Positions 32,889 through 42,032 of a DNA stretch of 64,000 nt are shown here, piece by piece. Origin of the DNA: an uncultured Actinomycetota bacterium (lineage in GTDB: Bacteria > Actinomycetota > Actinomycetes > JAHEKZ01). Position 1 is the first letter of the stretch. Each line of letters begins with the position of its first letter. The translations under genes were made by a program, and so were the position numbers. Under the pieces are notes generated by a model that saw only the letters and a list, made by a program, of their open reading frames with translations, was not told where the DNA came from and made no database searches. Location: assembly GCA_963706045.1 (NCBI GenBank), contig CAVPLY010000011.1:87536-151535 (forward strand), read 5' to 3'.

Positions 32889-35387
32889 GTGTCCTCACCA
32901 TCGGTTTCGGACTTGCTCGATGCTGCCGTGGCAGCGATCGGCGGGACGCAGCGTGCGGGGCAGCAGCAGATGGCTGCGGCAGTGGCCGACACCCTCGAGA
33001 CCGGGGAGCATCTGCTCGTCCAGGCAGGGACCGGTACCGGGAAGTCGCTCGCCTACCTGGTGCCCGTTCTGGCGCACCACGACAGCGCCATCGTGGCCAC
33101 GGCCACCATCGCGCTGCAGCGACAGCTCGTCGACCGCGACCTTCCGCGCCTCGTTGATGCCCTTGAGCCACAGCTGGGCCGTCGACCCAGCTTCGCCATG
33201 CTCAAGGGACGCAGCAACTACCTCTGCCTGCACCGGCTCAACACCGGCGAACAGGAACCGGACGACGAGGACGCGCTCTTCGCGCCCACGCCAACGTCGA
33301 AGGCCGGGCGTGACGTCGTCCGCATCCGTCAGTGGGCCGAGACCACCGAAACCGGCGACCGTGATGAGGTCATCCCGGCCCCCGACGACCGAGCCTGGCG
33401 CAGTCTGTCGGTGACTCCGCACGAGTGTCTCGGCGCGCAGCGCTGCCCGTTCGCTGACGACTGCTGGGCTGAGATCGCCCGCGAGCGAGCGCGCGAAGTC
33501 GATGTTGTCGTCACCAATCACGCCATGCTTGCCATCGATGCGCTGTCGGATGCCCGGCTGCTACCGGAGTCCGACGTGATCGTCGTCGACGAGGGTCACG
33601 AGCTCGCCGACCGGGCGACCGGCGCCGTCACCGACGAGCTCACGGCGCAGATGGTCGAGCGCGCCGCGCGGCGCGGTCGTTCGTTCGCTGGCGACTCCCC
33701 GACGCAACGACTCATGGACGCCGCAGCCGCACTCGACGGAGTGCTCGGCGAGACGGCCGAGGGACGCATGCCGGAGGTCACCGGCCGCCTCTTCGACGCG
33801 CTCGTCGCGGTGCGCGATGCCAGCCACGACGCCCTCACCGGCATCGGCGCCGCGAAGAGCGGCGACGACGACCTGGCAACGCGGGTGCGCGCCCGGGCAG
33901 CGGTCGAAGAGGTGCATGAGATCGCAGGACGCCTGGTCGTGGCGGGGGAGCGGGACGTCGTCTGGCTGACCAAGCCAGAGCGGCGTCCGCCCACGCTCTA
34001 TCGCGCTCCGCTCTTCGTTGGTGGCCTTTTGCGTGCCGGGCTCTTCGACGATCGCAAGGTGGTGCTCACGTCGGCCACCCTCGAGCTGGGCGGCGGCTTC
34101 GAGCCGGCGGCGCGAGGTGTCGGGCTCACCGGCGAAGGCGCGCCGCCGTGGCGAGGTCTCGATGTCGGGTCACCGTTCGAGTACGGCAAGCAGTCGATCC
34201 TCTACATGGCGGCGCAGCTGCCGCCGCCGGGGCGCGACGGCCTGGCCGAGGCGACGCTCGCCGAGCTCGCCGAGCTCATCGAGGCGGCGGGTGGGCGCAC
34301 CTTGGGGCTCTTCTCCTCCATGCGCGCGGCGCAGCAGGCGGCCGAGGAGCTGCGTGAGCGGCTCGACGTCCCGGTTCTCTGCCAAGGCGACGACGCCATC
34401 TCAGAGCTGGTGCGCATGTTCGCCTCAGATGCGCAGACCTGCCTGTTCGGCACTCTGTCGTTGTGGCAGGGGGTCGACGTGCCCGGGTCGGCGTTGCAGC
34501 TGGTGGTCATCGACCGGCTGCCCTTTCCGCGTCCGGACGACCCTCTGGCCTCAGCGCGCTCCCGGTACGTCGAGTCGCACGGGGGCAGTGGTTTCATGCA
34601 GGTGTCGGCGACCCAGGCGTCGCTGCGGCTGGCCCAAGGTGCTGGTCGGCTGATCCGGTCGGCCACCGACGTGGGAGTGGTGGCCGTTCTCGACTCGCGA
34701 CTGGCCAACGCTCGCTACGCCGACTTCATCCGTGCATCGCTTCCGCCAATGTGGCCGACCACCGACGGAGCACTGGTGCGGGCATCGCTGGCCAAGATTG
34801 ATGCAGCGGCGCCGCCTGTGCTGCCTGTGGCCGAGCGAGTCGTGGGGGGCGCCTCCGGTGTGGCCGTTCCGGGCGAGGGTGGCTCGGCCAGCGACGACGA
34901 GTCCGACCGTCGTGGCAAGCGCTGGACCGACGAAGAGGACGCCGAGCTCGCCGAGGGGTTCGCCGCAGGAACGCCGCCGGCATTGCTCGCCGACGAGCTC
35001 GGCCGCACCCGGTCTGCGGTGGGGTCGAGGCTGAAGACCCAGGGTCTGACGGCCGCTGTCATCTGGCGTGACGGGGTTCAGGTTTCTGACATCGACAAGA
35101 CGCTGGCCTATGCGCTGGCAGAGGCCCCGCCTCCGCTGGCGGCCACGCTCGATGGCGTGGTGGAGGCCCTGGAAGCCGACGAGTGGGTGGCCACCATCGA
35201 TGGCGAAGCGATCCGCGTCACGTCCACCCCCCAGGGCGAGCCGTTGGACGCCGCGGTCGCGGTCGGGTCGGCCGACCCGCTGCTGATGGGCGATGCGTCG
35301 AGCCGTCTTCTGATCCTCGGCGAGTCAGCAGGCGCTGATGCAGAGGGGATAGACGCCCAGATCGTGCCCCGGGCACCGAGGCCGTAG
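32889..35387 (+). CDS. dinG: DinG/XPD-like ATP-dependent DNA helicase with a C-terminal extension of about 190 aa
   Basis: Walker A QAGTGTGKSLAYL, the DEGH box VVDEGHEL, and helicase C-terminal motifs. The ORF continues in frame past the usual end (PPMWPTTD...) into an extra domain. Confidence 0.8.
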   Translation: MSSPSVSDLLDAAVAAIGGTQRAGQQQMAAAVADTLETGEHLLVQAGTGTGKSLAYLVPVLAHHDSAIVATATIALQRQLVDRDLPRLVDALEPQLGRRPSFAMLKGRSNYLCLHRLNTGEQEPDDEDALFAPTPTSKAGRDVVRIRQWAETTETGDRDEVIPAPDDRAWRSLSVTPHECLGAQRCPFADDCWAEIARERAREVDVVVTNHAMLAIDALSDARLLPESDVIVVDEGHELADRATGAVTDELTAQMVERAARRGRSFAGDSPTQRLMDAAAALDGVLGETAEGRMPEVTGRLFDALVAVRDASHDALTGIGAAKSGDDDLATRVRARAAVEEVHEIAGRLVVAGERDVVWLTKPERRPPTLYRAPLFVGGLLRAGLFDDRKVVLTSATLELGGGFEPAARGVGLTGEGAPPWRGLDVGSPFEYGKQSILYMAAQLPPPGRDGLAEATLAELAELIEAAGGRTLGLFSSMRAAQQAAEELRERLDVPVLCQGDDAISELVRMFASDAQTCLFGTLSLWQGVDVPGSALQLVVIDRLPFPRPDDPLASARSRYVESHGGSGFMQVSATQASLRLAQGAGRLIRSATDVGVVAVLDSRLANARYADFIRASLPPMWPTTDGALVRASLAKIDAAAPPVLPVAERVVGGASGVAVPGEGGSASDDESDRRGKRWTDEEDAELAEGFAAGTPPALLADELGRTRSAVGSRLKTQGLTAAVIWRDGVQVSDIDKTLAYALAEAPPPLAATLDGVVEALEADEWVATIDGEAIRVTSTPQGEPLDAAVAVGSADPLLMGDASSRLLILGESAGADAEGIDAQIVPRAPRP

Positions 35388-35786
35388 TAGCTCAGCAGCC
35401 CAGCAGCCCAGCAGCTCGACAGCCCGGGCGACCTGGCGAACCCGTCTGACCTGGTCGGCGTCTGGCGTCCGCGGGGCCGCGACTCGCTCAATGGACGGTT
35501 GCTTGCGATCGGAGCTGGCGATTTCGCGGACGACAGCTACTGGGAAGGGTCCGATGGCGGGGGACGTCACCGGGTCGGCTGCGGTAGGCATGGACGGCGA
35601 TGAGCCGGTCTACTTCGACGCGGACGGCACCGAGGTCGGGCGCTACGGCTGACCGCACACGTGACGCGTCTCACGCTCCTGACCCGTCAAGGCCGTCATC
35701 GGCGGCACCGAGGACAATGGGGACCGATTCTTTCGGTCCTGCACCCTGACCGTGGCACGATCCCAACCCCGTGAGGACCCCCCTTC

Positions 35787-36647
35787 ATGACGAGCACCAC
35801 CATGACGACCACTGAAGCCCTGGAGCGCGACGTGCTCGAGACCCCCGCAGACTCCCAGCCCTTCGAGGCCCAGCCCTTCGCCGACGAGTACGGCGACCCA
35901 GCGCGCTACGACCTCGAGTACGGCACAGCCGGCGCCGACCTGCCGTTCTACGCCGCGCTCGCCGAGCAGACCGAGGGCCCCGTCCTCGACGTCGCCACCG
36001 GCACCGGACGCGTGGCGCTGGCCCTGGCTGAGGCCGGCCTTGACGTCACCGGCGTCGATGTCAGCGCTGCCATGGTCGAGTTCGCCTCGGCCAAGGACGC
36101 CGAAGAGTCCGTCGCCTGGATCGAGCAGGACGCCCGCGAGCTCAAGGTGCGCGGCAAGTTCGGCCTTGCAGTCCTGGCCGGCAACGCCCTGCAGCAGTTC
36201 GTGACCAACGACGATCGCACCGCTGTGCTGAAGGCGATCTACCGTCAGCTCGCCCCCGGCGCCACGTTCGCGTTCGCGATCCGCTTCCCGCACGCGTCTG
36301 AGCTGGCTCGGACCGTCGAGACCGCCGAGATCTGGCACTCGTACACCGACGCCACCGGCAGCCAGGTCATCGTCTCGGGCACCCAGCGCTACGACGCCGT
36401 CGCCCAGGTCATGACGCACGAGACCTTCCGGCAGTTCGCCGTCGACGGCACCCCAGCCGCGGCACCGACCGCCACCGCCGTTCGCTACTCGTTCCCGCAG
36501 GAGCTGGACGCCGCGCTCAGCGCCGCCCGCTTCGAGATCGAGGCCACGTACGTCGACTTCGCTGGCACCCAGCTGACCGCTGAGACGGCCGCCACGGCGT
36601 CCGCACTCGTGTACGTCTGCCGCAAGCCAGAGAGCACCAAGCGCTAG
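35787..36647 (+). CDS. Class I SAM-dependent methyltransferase
   Basis: Motif I VLDVATGTGRVALALAEAGLDVTGVDVS. Confidence 0.75.
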   Translation: MTSTTMTTTEALERDVLETPADSQPFEAQPFADEYGDPARYDLEYGTAGADLPFYAALAEQTEGPVLDVATGTGRVALALAEAGLDVTGVDVSAAMVEFASAKDAEESVAWIEQDARELKVRGKFGLAVLAGNALQQFVTNDDRTAVLKAIYRQLAPGATFAFAIRFPHASELARTVETAEIWHSYTDATGSQVIVSGTQRYDAVAQVMTHETFRQFAVDGTPAAAPTATAVRYSFPQELDAALSAARFEIEATYVDFAGTQLTAETAATASALVYVCRKPESTKR

Positions 36648-36662
36648 ACCCTGCTTCACCGA

Positions 36663-36702
36663 CTGCGGAGGGGTCCCACCAGCTGGTGGGACCCCTCCGC
36701 AG
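36663..36702. terminator. Bidirectional terminator: perfect 40-nt palindrome
   Basis: CTGCGGAGGGGTCCCACCAGCTGGTGGGACCCCTCCGCAG lies between the convergent methyltransferase (+) and lexA (-). Confidence 0.75.
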
Positions 36703-36798
36703 TTAGTTAGCCGATCGAGGTCGCCTCGGTGGCACGAAAGTGTCGACAGCATGCGTCCCTGGTGGACGGTTTCGTGACACTGGGCAGGCCGGACACGG

Positions 36799-37527
36799 TC
36801 AGAGGCTGCGCAGGACCGCCGTCACCTTGCCGGCGATCACGGCCTCATCGCCGAGGATGGGCTCGTAGTCAGGGTTGTGCGGCATCAGCCAGATGTGGCC
36901 GTCGCGCTTCTTGAACGTCTTGACCGTCGCCTCCCCATCGAGCATGGCCGCCACGATGTCGCCGTTCTCGGCGTTCGGCTGCTGGCGCACCACCACCCAG
37001 TCGCCGTCGCAGATGGCGGCGTCAATCATCGAGTCGCCGACCACCTTCAGCATGAAGAGCTGTCCGTCGCCGACGAGCTGCGTGGGGAGGGGGAAGACCT
37101 CCTCGACCGCCTGCTCGGCGAGGATCGGCCCACCGGCCGCAATACGTCCGACGACCGGAACGTAGGTGGCTGCCGGGGTGGCGTTGCCCGAGTCGGTGAC
37201 GTCGACCGTCGCCGCGGCGACGTCGGGGAGGACCACCTCGATCGCGCGTGGCCGGTTCGGGTCGCGCCGGATGAAGCCCTTGCGCTCGAGCGAGGCGAGC
37301 TGGTGCTTGACGCTGCTCGGGCTGGTGAGGCCCACAGCTTCGCCGATCTCGCGCATGCTCGGCGGATAGCCCCGCTCGGTGACCGACCGGTGGATGTGCT
37401 CGAGCACCAGGCGCTGCCGCTGGGTCAGTCCGTCGTGGGCGACCGGGCCGTCGGGCATCTCGTGGACGCCGGCTGCTCGGTCTGTGCTGGGACTACCTGC
37501 GCCGGACTTGTCTGAGCGGGGGCTCAT
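36799..37527 (-). CDS. lexA: SOS repressor LexA
   Basis: [12 protein letters not shown]...[28 protein letters not shown], with S24 peptidase motifs (GDSM, VVGKV-like). Start set at ATG 37527 behind an AGGAGA RBS. The listed ORF extends to 37626, but that stretch carries promoter motifs. Confidence 0.9.
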   Translation of the reverse strand: MSPRSDKSGAGSPSTDRAAGVHEMPDGPVAHDGLTQRQRLVLEHIHRSVTERGYPPSMREIGEAVGLTSPSSVKHQLASLERKGFIRRDPNRPRAIEVVLPDVAAATVDVTDSGNATPAATYVPVVGRIAAGGPILAEQAVEEVFPLPTQLVGDGQLFMLKVVGDSMIDAAICDGDWVVVRQQPNAENGDIVAAMLDGEATVKTFKKRDGHIWLMPHNPDYEPILGDEAVIAGKVTAVLRSL

Positions 37528-37596
37528 GGGCTCGTCTCCTGCCGTCGGGGTGTGCTGGGTCGTGCTGGTCGGTGATTCTCGGTGCTGCTCAGTGCC

Positions 37597-37618
37597 TGTC
37601 AGTGGCGGGGTGCATGGT
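37597..37618 (+). promoter_or_regulatory. RecA-NDp / PafBC-type element facing the LysM gene
   Basis: TGTCAGTGGC (10/10)-ggggtg-CATGGT. The -10 has C instead of T at position 1. Confidence 0.5.
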
Positions 37619-37656
37619 GTCGCCATGTCCTCCTCCGCCCCCGAAACTAGCGCTCA

Positions 37657-37685
37657 TCGAACGCATGTTTCAAACACCTGTTCGA
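37657..37685. promoter_or_regulatory. Two overlapping LexA boxes
   Basis: TCGAAC-gcat-GTTTCA (37657-37672) and TCAAAC-acct-GTTCGA (37670-37685). Confidence 0.65.
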
Positions 37686-37747
37686 TTTTGTGGCCGTGTG
37701 TCGTGACTTTGTCGGGGTCTTGGTGTAGACATCGTACAGACGTTCGA

Positions 37748-37763
37748 TCGAACACCCGTTCGA
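37748..37763. promoter_or_regulatory. Perfect LexA box
   Basis: TCGAAC-accc-GTTCGA, 21 nt upstream of the LysM gene ATG. Confidence 0.85.
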
Positions 37764-37783
37764 CCCCTTCCCCGGAGGTCCTC

Positions 37784-38194
37784 ATGATCAGCACCCTGAA
37801 TCGCCCCACCGCGAGCCCTGTCCTGGGCGGTGCACGCGGTCAGCGCAACCCTGGCGGGGCCAGCGTTGGCTCCGCGTCGCAGGTTCGCTTGACGCCGCGG
37901 GGGCGCCTGGTGCTGGTCGCGGTCGTGACTGTGACTGCCTCGCTGCTGTTGGCCCTGTTCACGCTGGGTCCGGTCTTCGCCCAGGGGCAGTCGAGTGCAG
38001 CCGAGTCGGGCAGCGCCGGGGCAGCGCCGGTCAGCTCCACCTGGGTGGTGCAGCCGGGCGAGACGCTCTGGGTGATCGCCGAGCGGATCGACCCCGACAC
38101 CGACCCGCGCGAGACCGTGGCGCGGATCGTGTCCATGAACGACCTGCCCGACTCGTCGGTGCTGGTGGGCCAAGAGCTGCAGATCCCGGCCTGA
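37784..38194 (+). CDS. LysM-domain membrane protein divergent from lexA (Rv2719c/ChiZ-like position)
   Basis: GGAGG RBS. N-terminal TM helix. C-terminal LysM (WVVQPGETLWVIAERI...VSMNDL...LVGQELQIP). Confidence 0.8.
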   Translation: MISTLNRPTASPVLGGARGQRNPGGASVGSASQVRLTPRGRLVLVAVVTVTASLLLALFTLGPVFAQGQSSAAESGSAGAAPVSSTWVVQPGETLWVIAERIDPDTDPRETVARIVSMNDLPDSSVLVGQELQIPA

Positions 38195-38304
38195 CCTGCG
38201 GCGATGCCGAGGCACGCCTCGGAAGAGCCTAGGTGCGACACGCCGGGAAGAGAAAGATCTGGTCGGACCCTTGCCAGCGGGTGTGTCGGGGCGTACGGTA
38301 ACCC

Positions 38305-38317
38305 CTACATCTAGTAG
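38305..38317. promoter_or_regulatory. Candidate NrdR box 1
   Basis: Palindrome CTAC-atcta-GTAG in an unusually AT-rich stretch upstream of nrdR. Confidence 0.35.
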
Positions 38318-38336
38318 TTACATCCCTGTAAGTCGT

Positions 38337-38349
38337 CCACAGATTGTGG
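38337..38349. promoter_or_regulatory. Candidate NrdR box 2
   Basis: Palindrome CCACA-gat-TGTGG. Its centre lies 32 bp from box 1. A further CCACAGA copy lies 21 bp downstream (38358). Confidence 0.4.
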
Positions 38350-38491
38350 TCTGGTATCCACAGACCTGACGGAGTTATCCCCGGCTCATCCCCAGGATCT
38401 CCCCAGGTCCGCCCCCAGGTCACCCTGCACGGCGCGACTCACCGGGGGAGGCGAGCCCTGGTCGGCAGGGCATACCGAGAGGAGGGGCCAC

Positions 38492-38965
38492 ATGTACTGC
38501 CCCTTCTGCCGTGCCACCGAGACCCGTGTGATCGACTCCCGCACCGCAGACGACGGCGCTGCCATCCGACGTCGCCGGCAGTGCGCTGAGTGCGGGCGCC
38601 GTTTCACCACCGCCGAGAACGCTGCCCTCGTGGTGGTCAAGCGCAGCGGGGCCACCGAGCCCTTCAGCCGCGCGAAGGTTCTCGTCGGCGTCCGGAAGGC
38701 CTGTCAGGGTCGGCCGGTGACCGAAGACGACCTCGCACTGCTCGCGCAGCGCGTCGAAGAGGCGGTCCGGGCGACCGGAGCCGCCGAGATCGACTCCCAT
38801 GAGGTCGGAATGGCCATCCTCGGTCCGCTCCGCGAGTTCGACGAGGTGGCCTACCTCCGTTTTGCCTCGGTCTATCGAAGCTTTGACTCCCTCGAAGACT
38901 TCGAGGACGAGATCACGTTGCTCCGCGCCGAGCGCGAACCGGTCGGCATCGAGCCGCCGCCGTAA
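38492..38965 (+). CDS. nrdR: Transcriptional repressor NrdR (Zn ribbon + ATP-cone)
   Basis: [17 protein letters not shown]...[15 protein letters not shown], followed by an ATP-cone. Confidence 0.95.
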   Translation: MYCPFCRATETRVIDSRTADDGAAIRRRRQCAECGRRFTTAENAALVVVKRSGATEPFSRAKVLVGVRKACQGRPVTEDDLALLAQRVEEAVRATGAAEIDSHEVGMAILGPLREFDEVAYLRFASVYRSFDSLEDFEDEITLLRAEREPVGIEPPP

Positions 38966-39051
38966 CCAGCACCACCACCCCCAGCAGATCCATCCAGCCC
39001 GCCCGACCCGTTCTCCCGTTTGTTCTCTGTCCACCAGGAGGGGCAGTACCG

Positions 39052-41949
39052 ATGACCGAAGCCGCACCGCAAGCCCAGCAGGGCAACCTCTCGTCCGACG
39101 ACCGCCCTGAGGTGATCCGCCACGGACTCACCATCGAGCGCATCTACACGACGCCAGGCGTCCACCCGTACGACGAGGTCACGTGGGAGCGCCGCGATGT
39201 CGTCCAGAACAACTGGAAGACCGGCGAGGTCGTCTTCGAGCAGCGCGGCGTCGAGTACCCCGACTTCTGGTCGGTCATCTCGTCCACCATCGTCACCACC
39301 AAGTACTTCCGCGGCGCCGTCGGCAGTGACACCCGCGAGTGGTCACTTCGTCAGCTGATCGACCGCGTCGTGCTCACCTACCGCAGGGCCGGCGAAGAGC
39401 ACGGCTACTTCGCCACGCCCCAGGATGCCGAGATCTTCGAGCACGAGCTCACCTACGCCTTGCTGCACCAGGTGTTCAGCTTCAACTCGCCGGTCTGGTT
39501 CAACGTTGGCACCCCTGCGCCCCAGCAGGTCAGCGCCTGCTTCATCCTCGCCGTCGACGACTCGATGTCGTCGATCCTCAACTGGTACCGCGAAGAGGGC
39601 ATGATCTTCAAGGGCGGCTCCGGCGCCGGCCTCAACCTCTCGCGCATCCGCTCCAGCAAAGAGCTGCTCTCCTCCGGCGGCACGGCCTCCGGCCCTGTGT
39701 CGTTCATGCGCGGTGCCGACGCCTCGGCAGGCACCATCAAGTCCGGCGGCGCTACGCGTCGCGCGGCGAAGATGGTCGTTCTCGACGTCGACCACCCCGA
39801 CATCGAGGAGTTCATCGACACCAAGGCGCGCGAAGAGCACAAGATCCGCGCGCTCCGCGATGCGGGCTTCGACATGGACCTCGGCGGCAAGGACATCGCC
39901 AGCGTCCAGTACCAGAACGCCAACAACTCGGTCCGCGTCAGCGACGAGTTCATGCGCGCGGTCGAAGAGGGCACCGAGTTCGGGCTGCGCGCCCGCGCGG
40001 ATGGTTCGGTGATCGAGACCGTCGATGCCAAGGGGCTCTTCGACAAGATCTCCGAGGCGGCCTGGCAGTGCGCCGACCCTGGCATCCAGTACGACGACAC
40101 CATCAACGACTGGCACACCTGCCCCGAGTCCGGCCGCATCACCGCGTCCAACCCGTGCAGCGAGTACATGCACCTCGACAACTCGTCGTGCAACCTGGCC
40201 TCGCTCAACTTGATGAAGTTCCTGCGCGAGGACGACTCGTTCGACGCGCCCACGTTCGCCAAGGTCGTCGAGCTCGTCATCACCGCGATGGACATCTCCA
40301 TCTGCTTCGCCGACTTCCCGACCGAGGCGATCGGTGACACCACGCGCAAGTTCCGCCAGCTCGGCATCGGCTACGCCAACCTCGGCGCGCTGCTGATGGC
40401 GTCGGGTCTGCCGTACGACTCCGACGCCGGACGCGCGCTCGCCGGTTCGATCACCTCGCTGATGACCGGCACCGCCTACAAGCGGTCGGCCGAGCTCGCC
40501 GCGGTGGTCGGCCCGTACGAGGGCTACTCGCGCAACGCCGACGCGCACAAGCGGGTCATGCGCAAGCACGCCGCCGCCAACGACGCGGTGCGCACGCACT
40601 CCACGCTCGACAAGGACGTGCACGCTGTGGCCACGCAGGTGTGGGGCGACGTGATCGCGCTCGGCGAGCAGAACGGCTACCGCAACTCGCAGGCGTCCGT
40701 GCTCGCTCCGACCGGAACGATCGGTCTGATGATGGACTGCGACACCACCGGCATCGAGCCTGACCTTGCGTTGGTCAAGTTCAAGAAGATGGTCGGCGGC
40801 GGCTCGCTGCAGATCGTCAACAACACCGTGCCGCGCGCGCTGCGCAAGCTCGGCTACACCGAAGAGACGATCGAGGCGATCGTCGAGCACATCGCTCAGC
40901 ACGGCAACGTCATCGACGCTCCTGGGCTCAGGCCCGAGCACGAGTCGACCTTCGACTGCGCCATGGGGGCGCGCACGATCGGGCCGATGGGCCACGTGCG
41001 CATGATGGCCGCGGCGCAGCCGTTCCTGTCCGGTGCGATCTCCAAGACGGTCAACATGCCCGAGACGGCAACGGTCGAAGAGATCGAAGAGGTCTACTTC
41101 CAGGGCTGGAAGCTCGGCCTCAAGGCGCTGGCCATCTACCGCGACAACTGCAAGGTCGGCCAGCCGCTGTCCGACGCCAAGGGCACCAGCCGTGACAACG
41201 GCGTCAAGGCCGAGGCTGAGGCACCGGTGGCCGAGACGGTCATCGAGTACCGGCCGACGCGCAAGCGGCTGCCGAAGAACCGTCCGGCCACCACCACGTC
41301 CTTCACCGTCGGCGGCGCCGAGGGCTACATGACGGCCTCGCGCTACCCCGACGACGGTCTCGGCGAGATCTTCCTCAAGATGAGCAAGCAGGGGTCGACC
41401 CTCGCCGGGGTGATGGACGCCTTCTCGATCGCCATCTCGATCGGCCTGCAGTACGGCGTCCCGCTCGAGACGTACGTCAAGAAGTTCGTCAACATGCGCT
41501 TCGACCCGGCCGGCATGACCGACGACCCCGACGTCCGCATGGCGCAGTCGATGATGGACTACATCTTCCGTCGCCTGGCGCTCGACCACCTGCCGTACGA
41601 GAGCCGGGCGGCACTCGGCATCTACACCGCCGACGAGCGCACGCGCTACGTCGAGACCGGCTCGTACGAGTCCGACGAGGCGCTCGAGTCGGGCGAGTCC
41701 GAGGCAGTGGCCGCCGAGCTCGAGACGCTCGCCCAGTCGGCCCCGGTCGACCGAGGTTCCGGCGGCGGTGGACGAGGAGCCCCCGGAGTCGCGGCCGCCT
41801 CGTCGGCGCACAGCTCGACCGAGCTTCTCGAAGCACTGCAGGGCACCGCGTCGGACGCTCCGATGTGCTTCACCTGCGGCACCAAGATGCGCCCAGCCGG
41901 TTCGTGCTTCGTCTGCGAGGGATGCGGGGCCACCAGCGGCTGCAGCTGA
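39052..41949 (+). CDS. nrdJ: Class II (adenosylcobalamin-dependent) ribonucleotide reductase
   Basis: 965 aa. VFSFNSPVWFNVG, SACFIL, NPCSEY, and a C-terminal CxxC...CxxC tail. Operon-like position after nrdR. Confidence 0.9.
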   Translation: MTEAAPQAQQGNLSSDDRPEVIRHGLTIERIYTTPGVHPYDEVTWERRDVVQNNWKTGEVVFEQRGVEYPDFWSVISSTIVTTKYFRGAVGSDTREWSLRQLIDRVVLTYRRAGEEHGYFATPQDAEIFEHELTYALLHQVFSFNSPVWFNVGTPAPQQVSACFILAVDDSMSSILNWYREEGMIFKGGSGAGLNLSRIRSSKELLSSGGTASGPVSFMRGADASAGTIKSGGATRRAAKMVVLDVDHPDIEEFIDTKAREEHKIRALRDAGFDMDLGGKDIASVQYQNANNSVRVSDEFMRAVEEGTEFGLRARADGSVIETVDAKGLFDKISEAAWQCADPGIQYDDTINDWHTCPESGRITASNPCSEYMHLDNSSCNLASLNLMKFLREDDSFDAPTFAKVVELVITAMDISICFADFPTEAIGDTTRKFRQLGIGYANLGALLMASGLPYDSDAGRALAGSITSLMTGTAYKRSAELAAVVGPYEGYSRNADAHKRVMRKHAAANDAVRTHSTLDKDVHAVATQVWGDVIALGEQNGYRNSQASVLAPTGTIGLMMDCDTTGIEPDLALVKFKKMVGGGSLQIVNNTVPRALRKLGYTEETIEAIVEHIAQHGNVIDAPGLRPEHESTFDCAMGARTIGPMGHVRMMAAAQPFLSGAISKTVNMPETATVEEIEEVYFQGWKLGLKALAIYRDNCKVGQPLSDAKGTSRDNGVKAEAEAPVAETVIEYRPTRKRLPKNRPATTTSFTVGGAEGYMTASRYPDDGLGEIFLKMSKQGSTLAGVMDAFSIAISIGLQYGVPLETYVKKFVNMRFDPAGMTDDPDVRMAQSMMDYIFRRLALDHLPYESRAALGIYTADERTRYVETGSYESDEALESGESEAVAAELETLAQSAPVDRGSGGGGRGAPGVAAASSAHSSTELLEALQGTASDAPMCFTCGTKMRPAGSCFVCEGCGATSGCS

Positions 41950-41977
41950 TCGGTCCCGATAGCGAAGTCGTCAGTCA

Positions 41978-42029
41978 CACGGCCCCTCACCGATCCGGTG
42001 GGGGGCCGTGCGGTGTCGGTGACACCGAC
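41978..42029. terminator. Two hairpins between convergent nrdJ and the GGDEF gene
   Basis: CACGGCCCC-N15-GGGGCCGTG (41978-42010) and CGGTGTC-ggt-GACACCG (42011-42027). Confidence 0.5.
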
Positions 42030-42032
42030 GGG

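Noticed and set aside
38207-38222. Hairpin CCGAGG-cacg-CCTCGG after the LysM gene, considered as a terminator.
   Set aside because: The stem is short (6 bp) and there is no U-tract, which is too weak to call.
17444-41949. Inteins in recA or nrdJ, and a cobalamin riboswitch upstream of nrdJ.
   Set aside because: RecA (348 aa) and NrdJ (965 aa) have ordinary lengths with contiguous motifs. The 86-nt nrdR-nrdJ spacer shows no B12-box-like conserved core.
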